Shown in pieces: positions 12,977 through 24,759 of a stretch of DNA of 64,000 nt. The stretch's first letter is position 1; every line of letters starts with the position of its first letter. The notes under the pieces are model-generated. The model did no database searches, had not been told where the DNA came from, and saw only the letters and a program-made list of their open reading frames with translations. A program made the translations under genes and the position numbers. Origin of the DNA: Octopus vulgaris (lineage: Eukaryota); contig OX597819.1 in the NCBI GenBank assembly GCA_951406725.2, positions 91,140,001 to 91,204,000 on the forward strand, in the 5' to 3' direction.

Positions 12977-14085
12977 CAGATTCAGCTTTCAGAACTAGGT
13001 CATTAGAATATAGAAGTTACCACAAATAGCTAGTTTTAAACTCCTCCGTTATAGTCTGGAACTCTATAATGAAGTAAACAGGCCTGAAAGCCAAGCCCTG
13101 ATGGAGTCATATTAGCTTACTAAATTTCTTGTTAAACTCATTGCTGACTTTAGCCTCTCTGGCACCACCTCTGCATATGATTTGCTAACAGCACATCTTT
13201 ACGTGACTTGCTAACAGCACATCTGTACGTGACTTGCTAACAGCACCTTTATACATGATCTGCTGGTAGTATCTTTGCACATGACTTGCTTGCAGCATCT
13301 CTGTATGAAACTTGCATTGCTCTCTTAAACCATTTGCCTTCAGGATTTATTTTTGTTTTGTTTTTGTTTTTTAACAATCACCAAATAACAGATTATGAAA
13401 CCCAGTCAAAGTTTTTACCTAAATCAATGAATACTAGAAATAATGGCCTCCTCTTTGCTAAGAGTTCCTGTTGTCGTTGTGTCATAGGAAGAGGATGTTA
13501 GTACTACCTGATTCTGACACAAACACAAACTGCATCTCATTTCAACTTATTCGCTTTTTTTAATTAGTTGTACCATAATTCTTTATTACTTACATAGTGT
13601 TATCCATCAGTTTCATTTTCTCTATCTACTTCTTTCTAGAGCATCTCATCCATCCTTATAATAGTTGATAATGACACTGCTATGGCAATCATTGGGAATT
13701 ACTCCTTTTTGGACTACATGATTGTCTATATAAGATGTTAACATGTCTTATTTCCCTGGGTACTTCCAGCCTGTTAATAACTTTCTCTGACATTAAGGCT
13801 GCTTCCCCTAATTTTATATTTTTATGGCCATTTTGACCATATAACTAGTACTATTACTGGCTGTTCTTGGGGGTAGTTCTCCTCTCATCCATGGATTTTA
13901 TTCAGTAAACTCTTGTGGAAGAATTTCCATGCCTTCTTCTTGGTGTTGATGACAATGATCACACCACTGTCCAAGTATAAATGCTTTTTATCAATAACAC
14001 TCTGATTCATATCAATATACTGTTTCTGAAATCTGGAATGCCTTGTGTATCTGATCTTCATGTCACAGAACATTAACAAGCCTCT
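12977..14085 (-). repeat. Inverted near-identical copy of 25059-26130 (old RTE LINE internal fragment)
   Basis: Direct comparison; ORFs 13885..14118(-) and 25065..25331(+) give nearly the same peptide. Confidence 0.9.
13179..13308. repeat. 26-bp minisatellite, ~5 copies (gacttgctaacagcacatctgtacgt)
   Basis: Contiguous tandem units without spacers; also present inverted at ~25808-25940. Confidence 0.85.
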
Positions 14086-14654
14086 GAAGATACTTACTGA
14101 TCTTAACTCATTAACCACTACATCTTAAACTTTAATATTTAGAGCTCATGTTATTTAAATATCCTCGAAACTATGCTAAAGATACAGAATAAAATATTTT
14201 CTCAAATTATGAAAACGTACCACCAGTGGTGCATATGGCAGTTGTGTGAAGTTTCCAATGAACCACTGGTGGTACATGTGGGGCTTAAGATATTAAATAA
14301 ACAGAACAAAATATTTTGTTCAGCATACTAATAATTTAGGAGTTACATGATAAATGCAAATTCAAAATTTATATAAACTGGAAACAAACATTTGCATAAT
14401 TATAATGATGTCCTATGAAACTGCCTAAGTCTAGGTATGTTTTACTTAAAACTGGCACTCTGAGTGTTCCAGTTGATTTGATCGACATTACAAACTGCTC
14501 ATGGAATTAATGTGCAAGTGGCTGAAAACTTCACAGACACATGCATTCTTAATGTAGTTTTCAGGGAGACTCTACATGACAAAGGCTGGACCTTTGAAAT
14601 TCAGCTATTACCTATTTTTGCCAGCTGAGTGGACTGGAGCAACATGAAATAAAG

Positions 14655-15739
14655 TGTAGCATACGCTTAGTGAAATTTTCTCTCTCTCTCTGTTATATAT
14701 AACATAAATACAGATGTAGCAGATAACAGCTAACCTTTGGCCACTTGGACCCTGTTGTGTCCACTACTCTGATTGGTTGGTTTTGGCACAGTTTGTCTCT
14801 TGCTGTATTACTCGCCAATGCGCAACCCAACCAATCACAGCCTTTTGATAAGGTCCTGTAACACAGTTTTTCTAAAGCTCCATTTGAACCTATAATTTGC
14901 TATAAAACACAGCGATTCATCGAGTCGAGCATCTTTGGTTCTAGACCACTGACCACAGAGCACACAGCAGTTCCAGCGATGCTGCCAGTTCTGGTGACAA
15001 CACCAGCACCAGTAGTATTCAGGACCTCCACCTCCGTTGCCTTCTCCTTAATGACACCAACAACATCTCTTTACGTACACAGCAACTTCGCTCTGGTTTA
15101 ATCTTCATGCTGTTTGTGAATACTTCACCAAGGTTAACAGCAAGAACTACCTGCGATAACCTTCTGTACCAAGTAACCCAGCACAGCATAGAAGCCACAA
15201 CCTCTACACGACATGTGCAGTAACCGGCTCTGCCTTTTTCATCTCAACTTCTTGTTACAGCTTCTGCAACTATTGTGTACTTGACTATGGACTGGTATTT
15301 ATTTTCATTGTGTTTGAACTTCTAACGTCCTGTTATAGACTCTTTCTATGCTCTGTATTTTATCTTACATGCATACACCCTTGCTTGTATACACATACAC
15401 ATTAAGTATGTTTGACGGCTTGTCTATTATTGTTCTTATTATATATGTACTTATGACGCACACACAGACATACTCTGCTAACACACATACGCATTATGTA
15501 TGCATGACGGCCTGTCTATTGTTATTATTATTATCATATATGTACTTATGACGCACACACAGACGCACACTCTGCTAACATCTAAATAAAACCTTTCTCT
15601 TAACATTCTATGGTTGTGTCGTCTTTCATTTCATTCTGGCACTTGTACTCATTTATCCAATTTTGCTTTTATTGTAAGCGAACATGCAGTGTGTTAAATG
15701 AGCCATTTGTCACCTCTCCTTTCACACGGTCATTCTACA
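14655..15739 (+). mobile_element. Solo LTR (probably Ty3/Gypsy) inserted in a SINE
   Basis: TGTAG...CTACA ends; 4-bp TSD AAAG; CCAAT boxes at ~14815-14835, TATAAAA at 14901, AATAAA at 15585; the SINE resumes on both sides. Confidence 0.8.
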
Positions 15740-16041
15740 AAAGTGTCTTGCTCAAGGACACAATGTACCCCCAGGAATTGAACTCATGACCTTACGATCA
15801 TGTGCCTAAGCCTAGTTATGTTTTACTTAACTGGTTATGAATTAACAAAACTAAAAAGTATTATGTTTATTTCATTCAACTGTGGTCATGCTGAGGCACC
15901 ACCTTGAAAATTTTAGTTGAAAAATTGACCCCTTACTCATTTTTTAGCCTAGTAATTATTTTATCAGTCACTTTTGGTAAACTGCCAAGTTACAGGATGT
16001 AAACGCACCAGTTGTGAAGCGATTGTGGGGGAGAAACAAAT

Positions 16042-16113
<72 letters not shown>

Positions 16114-16214
16114 CGATATCTGTATGGCAGGCTTCATTCAGTTTCTGTTTACCAAATCCATCACCAAGTTTTGGTCAACCCGAATCTATAATAGAACACA
16201 TTTGCCCAAGGCAC

Positions 16215-16372
16215 AGGAGTTGCTGTGTGGTAAGTAGCTTGCTTACCAACCACATGGTTCCAGGTTCAGTCCTACAGCGTGGCACCTTGGGCAAGTGTCT
16301 TCTACTATAGCCTCGGGCCGACCAAAGCCTTGTGAGTGGATTTGGCAGACGGAAACTGAAAGAAGCCCGTTG

Positions 16373-16423
<51 letters not shown>

Positions 16424-16628
16424 TTGTGTGTCTGTGTTTGTCCCCCCAACATCGCTTGACAACTGATGATGGTGTGTTTACGCCCCCGTAACTTAGCCGT
16501 TCGGCAAAAGAAAATGATAGAATAAGTACTAGGCTTACAAAGAATAAGTCCTGGAGTCAATTTGCTCGACTACAGGCAGTGCTCCAGCATGGCCACAGTC
16601 AAATGACTGGAACAAGTAAAAGAGTAAA
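16215..16628 (+). mobile_element. SINE family 1, full length
   Basis: tRNA-like head, central microsatellite, tail ...gactggaacaagtaaaagagtaaa. Confidence 0.8.
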
Positions 16629-16983
16629 GGTGCTATGCAGTGGGACAGAATCCAGAATCATGTGGTTAGGAAACAAATTCTTACCACAGGGCCACACTTG
16701 TGCTTATATCATTTTAAAGGCTGAATAAGCTATGTGTGAAGAATAATATGCTTTATTGGCAGAATGTTAGATTATTCTATATGGAAGAAAACTCAAGCTT
16801 ATTTTGCAAACACTCTACGTTACAGTGCTATCACGAATCAATAAGCAAGGAACAGGCCTCTATGTCAACACTCGATTGAGTAGAAATAGCAGCCAAATCT
16901 TTCTTAAATCACACTTTGTTTTTAGAAAAAAGACTTATGGACTGCACAATGTTGTCCTAGAAATTATATATACATATATGTGT

Positions 16984-17018
<35 letters not shown>

Positions 17019-17628
17019 GAAAGCATTTCTGTTTACACAAACATTTTCCTTTATTCAGTGGGTGTGCGTTATTTTTGCCAACGAGTAAATGAAAAGAAAA
17101 AGAAAAGAAAAAAAAACAACAGTCATTTACTTAACTACAAACAAGCTATGCTAACAAGGTGTGTATAAATATATTAGAAACGAAATGTTTACTGCTATCA
17201 GCTTGAGAAGACACTCAAGTTTTATAGAAGAAAATTAAATATCTTGCATGACTGTTTGAATTGCTATTCTCCACCCCACACATTCACCACTTTCTCCAAA
17301 AAAAAAAAAAAAGAATTAATTCTAGAATATCTTTTGTTAGTATTGAATGTCACACTGCTACATGCACATGCATGCACACGTGCACACACACACACACACA
17401 CAATTTCGTTTGCAGAAATTTGTTTGTATTTGTAAGATTTTAAGCGAATCTGAAGAACTGTTAGTTTAACCATCTTGTATTGTTGGAAAAAAGATCAGGA
17501 ACTATAGAAAGAATTCAGACTTTTCAACTCAGAACTGTTACCAGTATTTAAATAGTTATAAATGCAATTTTTTCAAAAAAAGAAATTAGATGTGTTAATT
17601 ATCAGCTATATTAAATGGATTTGTCTTT

Positions 17629-17681
<53 letters not shown>

Positions 17682-18244
17682 GATTTTTAAAGTTTTATTA
17701 GCAATCAAGTTAACAGAGAAAGTGCTTTTATTAAACTAGAAGGCATAGTGAAAGAAGTGGTGAAATGATGTGTAGAGAAAGAGAAAGACAGACAGAAGAG
17801 ATAGAAGAGAGAAGAGCTAATGCAAAAAGCAATAACATGGAGAGAAAAGAGAAGATTAATGGAGTTTCTTGAATTGTTAATGAGGATTTCTTGCGAAGCA
17901 GTTGCTAAGCAACACAATGGCACTGTTATCAAACCAAACCAATTGCTTTCCACAAATCCAAAAAGTGAAAAAAGAAAAAGAAGAAGAAGAAAAGTAAAGA
18001 ATTCAATGCATTGAAAGAAAATATAGCAATAACAGAAGCAGAAAAAAAAGGAACAATAAAAGAAAAGAAAAATGATTAAATGAGTTTTTATACAGATGGT
18101 ATATATAGATTTTTTTTTTTTATGTCTTTCATGAAATAAAATATAACTTTACTTTTCAGCAGTTTTGAAATATCATTGGGAGATATATAATACTTGTGCA
18201 TATATATATAAATACACATGCACACACGCACATATATATGTATA

Positions 18245-18346
<102 letters not shown>

Positions 18347-18477
18347 CATATATATATATACATGAAAATATATATATCTATACACACAAACACATATACA
18401 TGTACACACACACACATACATATATATAAATATATGCATATATATATATATATATATATAGATATGTATATATATAT

Positions 18478-18690
18478 TTCTTTATTGACCACAAGGGGCT
18501 AAACATAGAGGGACAAACAAGGACAGACAAAGGGATTAAGTTGATTACATTGACACCAATGCATAACTGGTACTTATTTAATCGACCCCGAAACAATGAC
18601 AGGCAAAGTCAACCTCGGCAGAATTTGAACTCAGAACGTAATGGCAGACGAAATACCGCTAAGCATTTCGCCCGGCATGCTAACGATCCT
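18478..18690 (-). mobile_element. SINE family 2 (ctggcagaa...gttctgagttcaaattc)
   Basis: Matches copies at ~28008-28240(+), 37172-37390(+), 41190-41400(-), 42360-42570(-) and 63150-63355(+). Confidence 0.75.
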
Positions 18691-19309
18691 GCATATATAT
18701 AAGTACATATATATCCATACATACACATAAATGTATATATATCCATACATACACACACACACACTCATATGTATACATTATTTTTTTTTTTTAATCACAG
18801 TATTATGAATTGTTACTGAGATTTAATCTTTTAGGTATACAATTGGTAAATGTGTGTATATTCTACATTTAGTGTGGGAAAATTGTGTATGTGTGTGTTT
18901 GTTAAGAATTAAAATATATAGACCAACACAATATGAAAAGATATTATTTTTCTGCTTATATATGTATATATTTATTCCAGCTGTCTTCTTACAGTTTTAA
19001 TATTTAGTAAGTGGTGTGTACATGTGTGTGTATTTGTATATGTTTTTGTGTGTGTTTAAGTCCTAGTTATATATGTATGTTTTGTGGTGAAAACACTTCA
19101 GATAATTATGGAAAATTACTCATCAATTTAAAATGTTTTTGAGCAAGACAGTAAGCTAACAAGCTCTGGTTCAGTTCTTCATGTAGGCACAATAAATGTC
19201 AACAGAATTATATATCCAGATCTTCAGATGGAATTGAAACTAGTTTCTAAGATATTAAAAGAGACCGTCTACACATTCCTACTCCAGCACCGCTACCACT
19301 CAAATTAAT

Positions 19310-19712
19310 TTGTGGCTCTGTAGTAAGAAGTTTACTTCCCAACCACATGGTTTCCGGTTCAGTCCCACTGTGTGACACTTTCGGCAAGTGTCTTCTACTA
19401 TAGCTTTGGGTCAACCAAAGCCTTGTGAGTGGATTTGGTAGATAGAAACTGAAAGAAGCCCATTGTGTATATGTGTGTGTGTGTCTTTGTGTCTATGTTT
19501 GTCCCCCACCATTGCTTGACTACTAATGTCAGTGTGTTTACATCCCCTGTAACTTACCAGTTTGACAAAAGAGCCTGATAAAATAAGTACTAGGCTTACA
19601 AAGAATAAGTCCTGAGGTTAATTTCTTCAACTAAAAAAACCCTTTTAGGTAGTGCTCCAGCATGGCTGCAGTCAAATAACTGAAACCAAGTAAAAGAATA
19701 AAAGAATAAAAG
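19310..19712 (+). mobile_element. SINE family 1
   Basis: Same head and tail motifs. Confidence 0.75.
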
Positions 19713-20121
19713 ATATAATTCCGGCAAAAAGTAGATATTATTGTCATTGCTATTTAGCTCCTGGTCTATCCTGGTTCAGTAGACTTCTAATTAAATTCAC
19801 TCCAGCCATAACCATTTTGTCTTTTTAAATGCATGTAGGACTGCAGTATTTCTTCTTGAGAGAATAGGATCTATTTGCAGGAGATTTCACTGCTATTTCT
19901 AGTATGTTGGATGACTACATAGAGAATCCTTTGTTGGCTCATACTTGGTAGGGTTGTTAGAGCATTGGATGGAATGCTTTGTGGTATTTGTTCTGACTCT
20001 GTACTCTTAGTTCAGTTTAAATCCCACCAAATCAAATTTGCCTTTTCATCCATTTGAGGCCAACCAAAGCTTTGTGAGTGGATTTGGTACATGGAAACTG
20101 AAAGAAGCTTATATATGTATA

Positions 20122-21230
20122 TCAACTGCTACAAGGGTAAAGGTGATGCTTTAGATAGAAATAACTACAAGGGTATCAAACTGTTGGATCAGGTGATGAA
20201 GGTCATGGAGGGAGTCATAGGGAGAGAGTCTACTTAGATGAGATGCAGTTCAGTTTTGTGCCAGGTAGAAGCACTGCCGATGTTATATTCCTGGTACAGC
20301 AACTGCAGGAGAAATACCAAGCCAAAGATAAACCCCTATACTTGGCTTTTGTGAACTTGGAGAAAGCCTTTGACAGGGTCCCCCAATCCCTTATCTGGTG
20401 GGTGATGTGGAAACTGAGGATTGACAAATGGTTAATAAGAGCTGTACAGGACCTATACAGAGATGCTGTTAGTAAGATTAGGGTTGGCAATGAGTATAGT
20501 GAAGAATTTCAGGTAGAAGTAGGGGTCCACCAAAGATCAGCCCTCAGCCCCTCTAATTCATCATAGTCCTCCACGTAATAACAGAGGAATTCAAGATAGG
20601 TTATCCCTGAGAGCTCCTTTATGCTGATGACCTGGCCCTCATAGCAGAATCACTACCAGAACTAGTGATGAAATTTCAGATGTGGAAGCAAGATTTAGAA
20701 TCAAAGAACCTTAGAATCAATGTTGCAAAGACCAAAGTTCTAGTAAGTAGGAAGGCGAACACATCACACACCCCTTCAAGTAGGTGGCCCTGCTCAGTTT
20801 GTAGAAAGGGTGTAGGTAGAAACTCCATAAGATGTACCCAGTGTAAGCTATGGACACATAAGAGGTGCAGCAACATCAAAAGAAGATTAACCAGGAAGAT
20901 AGCTTTCATGTGCGGCAGATGCGCAGGGGCAATAGACACCACAGATGCTCAGAAAACAGATTCCATCACATGCCAGGAGGAGAAACTATAAGTAGTTGAT
21001 AGCTTCCACTACCTAGGTGACCAAGTCTGTAGTGGGGCCGGATGCTCAGAGAGTGTTACCACTAGAATAAGAATAGCCTGGGCAAAGTTTAGATAGCACC
21101 TATCCCTACTGGTGACAAAGGGCCTCTTGCTCAGAGTGAAAGGTAGATTGTATGATGCATGTATGTGAACTGCCATGCTTCATGGCAGTGAAACATGGGC
21201 CATGACTGCTGAAGACATGCATAGGCTCAT
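20122..21230 (+). mobile_element. RTE-like LINE RT fragment with a PHD-like Cys/His module, disrupted
   Basis: YKGKGDAL...NYKGIKLL, MQFSFVPGRSTAD, AFVNLEKAFDRVP, LLYADDL, then WPCSVCRKGVGRNSIRCTQCKLWTHKRC...CGRC; stops and frameshifts. Confidence 0.88.
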
Positions 21231-22039
21231 CCACCGGATCATGTAAAAAGCACCATCCGAACGTGACCAATGCCAGTGCCGCCTTGACTGGTTTCTGTGC
21301 CGGTGGCATGTCAAAAGCACCAAGCAATCGTGGTTGTTGCCAGCCCCCTCTGGCCCCTGTGCCAGTGGAATTGCCAGATCAGATTGGAGCTTGGTGCATC
21401 CTCCTGGCTTCCCCGATCCCAGTTGAATCGTCCAACCCATGCCTGCATGGAAAACGGACATTAAACAATGATATAATGATGATGGTGATGATGATATATA
21501 TAGATCTATAATTGGTAGAAGCTATCCTTTTAGTAGAACTCTCTGTACGGATAACTATTGCACTGTATGTAGATTTAGCCCACAAACAAACTGTAAAGCC
21601 AGAAATGTGGTCTATAGTATAAGATGTATAGAGGGACGATGCAGTAACAAGACAGTAACATACGTAGGGGAAACAGCAAGAAGCATTGGTGAGCGGGTGA
21701 ATGAACATTGGAGATAACTCAAGGAAGGTAAAAGCTCATCGATTCTGTACCAACACGCTGAACAAGAACACGGGGGATCAATCAATAACATAGAGATTAA
21801 GATATTGTCCACACATATAACAGATGCAACAATTAGACAAATTACAGAAGCTACACATATAATAGAAAATAAACCTAGCCTGAATAGAAAACTAGAATGG
21901 AGCAATAGCGCACACCACAACATATGACGATAGTGGATCCTGCAAACATAATAAATACACAGATAATTAAAGAAATAGAAATGAATAACTATATATATGT
22001 ATATGTGTATGTATATGTGTATATGTGTGTGTATATATG

Positions 22040-22095
<56 letters not shown>

Positions 22096-22242
22096 AAATA
22101 AATATAAGAGAGTGGTCACTATATGGCTCACTCTAGCACCAGTTAATCCAAAAGGTTTCAACCACAAAAATACATGTTTCCCATGAAAGTCAGTACGATT
22201 GTTAGCTCACACGGACAGGGCAAATAAAAAATAACAAAAATA

Positions 22243-22338
22243 CAGATTATTTTGGGACAATTGTTTCGCTATTAATGAATTAAATGTAATTTTACTTACA
22301 AAAAAATCCACTTGTAGCTCCTCTGCCAAAACTATCTG
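22243..22338 (-). ncRNA. Hammerhead copy with a mutated core (CAGAGGA instead of CUGAGGA)
   Basis: Reverse complement: cagatagTTTTGG-CAGAGGA-GCTA...TAGC-GAAA-CAATTG-TC-CCAAAAtaatctg. Confidence 0.8.
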
Positions 22339-22928
22339 GATGAAATCCACTCAATCACACGCCAGATTTTACCATAACGATAAATACGCGTGTGGTTCAA
22401 TTGATTACATCCGACGTTATAATTCAAATGCCCCAACTAACAGCGCGCCAAATTTTCACGGAAAACAAATACAGCATTTAGAAATAAATGCAGCATAATT
22501 ATAATTAATTAATAAGGGTGAGAGAATTAGATACTAATTTAATAGTATATCTATTCTACACCAAGTGGCCTAGTGCTCCGAGAAACCTGGATTATTATAA
22601 TATTTTATAATATATTATAATATTTTTACAAAATAAATATAAGAGAGTGGTCACTATATGGCTCACTCTAGCACCAGTTAATCCAAAAGGTTTCAACCAC
22701 AAAAATACATGTTTCCCATGAAAGTCAGTACGATTGTTTAATTCTCTCACCCTTATTAATTAATTATAATTATGCTGCATTTATTTCTAAATGCTGTATT
22801 TGTTTTCCGTGAAAATTTGGCGCGCTGTTAGTTGGGCATTTGAATTATAACGTCGGATGTAATCAATTGAACCACACGCGTATTTATCGTTATGGTAAAA
22901 TCTGGCGTGTGATTGAGTGGATTTCATC

Positions 22929-23024
22929 CAGATAGTTTTGGCTGAGGAGCTACAAGTGGATTTTTTTGTAAGTAAAATTACATTTAATTCATTAATAGCG
23001 AAACAATTGTCCCAAAATAATCTG
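22929..23024 (+). ncRNA. Type-I hammerhead ribozyme, intact core; predicted cleavage after GUC at 23011
   Basis: Stem I TTTTGG/CCAAAA extended by CAGAT/ATCTG; CTGAGGA at 22942-22948; stem II GCTA/TAGC; GAAA at 23000-23003; palindromic CAATTG stem III. Confidence 0.88.
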
Positions 23025-23462
23025 TATTTTGTTATTTTTTATTTGCCCTGTCCGTGTGAGCTAACAATCGTACTGACTTTCATGGGAAACATGTATTTTT
23101 GTGGTTGAAACCTTTTGGATTAACTGGTGCTAGAGTGAGCCATATAGTGACCACTCTCTTATATTTATTTTGTAAAAATATTATAATATATTATAAAATA
23201 TTATAATAATCCAGGTTTCTCGGAGCACTAGGCCACTTGGTGTAGAATAGATATACTATTAAATTAGTATCTAATTCTCTCACCCTTATTAATTAATTAT
23301 AATTATGCTGCATTTATTTCTAAATGCTGTATTTGTTTTCCGTGAAAATTTGGCGCGCTGTTAGTTGGGGCATTTGAATTATAACGTCGGATGTAATCAA
23401 TTGAACCACACGCGTATTTATCGTTATGGTAAAATCTGGCGTGTGATTGAGTGGATTTCATC

Positions 23463-23558
23463 CAGATAGTTTTGGCTGAGGAGCTAAAAGTGGATTTTTT
23501 TGTAAGTAAAATTACATTTAATTCATTAATAGCGAAACAATTGTCCCAAAATAATCTG
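23463..23558 (+). ncRNA. Type-I hammerhead ribozyme, intact core; predicted cleavage after 23545
   Basis: Same elements; CTGAGGA at 23476-23482 and GAAACAATTGTC at 23534-23545. Confidence 0.88.
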
Positions 23559-24179
23559 TATTTTTGTTATTTTTTATTTGCCCTGTCCGTGTGAGCTAAC
23601 AATCGTACTGACTTTCATGGGAAACATGTATTTTTGTGGTTGAAACCTTTTGGATTAACTGGTGCTAGAGTGAGCCATATAGTGACCACTCTCTTATATT
23701 TATTTTGTAAAAATATTATAATATATTATAAAATATTATAATAATCCAGGTTTCTCGGAGCACTAGGCCACTTGGTGTAGAATAGATATACTATTAAATT
23801 AGTATCTAATTCTCTCACCCTTATTAATTAATTATATATATATATATATATATTTTTTTTTTTTTCAATTAGATTTATTATTATTATTACTAATATTGTT
23901 GTTATACATACATACAAGCATATGTAATGATAATAATGGGTGGATGTAAACACATGAACAAAATTAGAACAAAAGCAACAACAACAAAAACAAAATACAA
24001 ATTACAAGAATGTATATAACCAGAAGATACAAATATTACAGGCATCCCCCTCACACACACACTAAATAAACATAGACGCACATAGAGATATAAGCATGCG
24101 CAAATGAAGACATACAATAGAAATACAAAATGGCTGACGGTTAGTAAGGAGAGACACAAGTAAGTGAGAAGAAAACAAA

Positions 24180-24224
24180 GGACCACTGATGCGGTCACAG
24201 GAGTGTGACGAAAGAACTTTGGCC
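24180..24224 (+). ncRNA. Second copy of the PLE 3' hammerhead-like variant
   Basis: Identical to 1428-1472. Confidence 0.45.
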
Positions 24225-24399
24225 GAAATAAGATTAAGATTAATGTAAAAAATAAATATCACTGAAGCAAAATAACACCAAATATATAGTGCGTGTGTTT
24301 TTATTGGCTAAACTGGCAATATGACCATTCCGAAATATAACAATATCTGTTTCAACACACGACTTCACATAAAAAATCTTGCACAACAAATATTTAAAC

Positions 24400-24443
<44 letters not shown>

Positions 24444-24486
24444 TCTATATATCTATCTATCTATATAGATATATATATATATATAT

Positions 24487-24527
<41 letters not shown>

Positions 24528-24759
24528 GATATAGATATAAAACACATTTGCACATTATTCAGATGGGAAAAGGGACATGTCATTTTGCTATATTAAACTG
24601 TCATGAAAATGAACTTGTTGGCACAAAACTTAAATAAACATTACAGCTAATAATAAATATAATACATTTTTATATGCACCTCTCAGCATAGATTCATGAT
24701 TAGTGACATCATAGCATGAACTAGTCAGCCTCAGTGACACAAGACTATCTGGAGAAGGA

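Larger units (their letters stand above)
22095..23836. mobile_element. Retrozyme-like / non-autonomous PLE-derived array of a ~534-bp unit: ~1.2 copies inverted (22095-22738) plus ~2.05 copies in tandem (22739-23836)
   Basis: Periods of 533-535 bp read directly; near-identical copies; one HHR motif per unit; no credible ORF; flanked by (TA)n. Confidence 0.85.
21502..24403 (+). mobile_element. Second, 5'-truncated copy of the PLE at 480-1593, interrupted by the 22095-23836 insertion
   Basis: Near-identical to 480-1593; CAA>TAA stop in the GIY-YIG region (~21715); extra ~58-bp 3' tail before (TA)n. Confidence 0.9.

Noticed and set aside
13179-13308. 26-bp repeats resembling a CRISPR array
   Set aside because: Head-to-tail units without spacers, no cas genes, eukaryotic context; a minisatellite.
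22917-23108. 63-aa ORF in the repeat unit
   Set aside because: GTG start, overlaps the ribozyme, and the frame is disrupted by single-base indels in the other copies.
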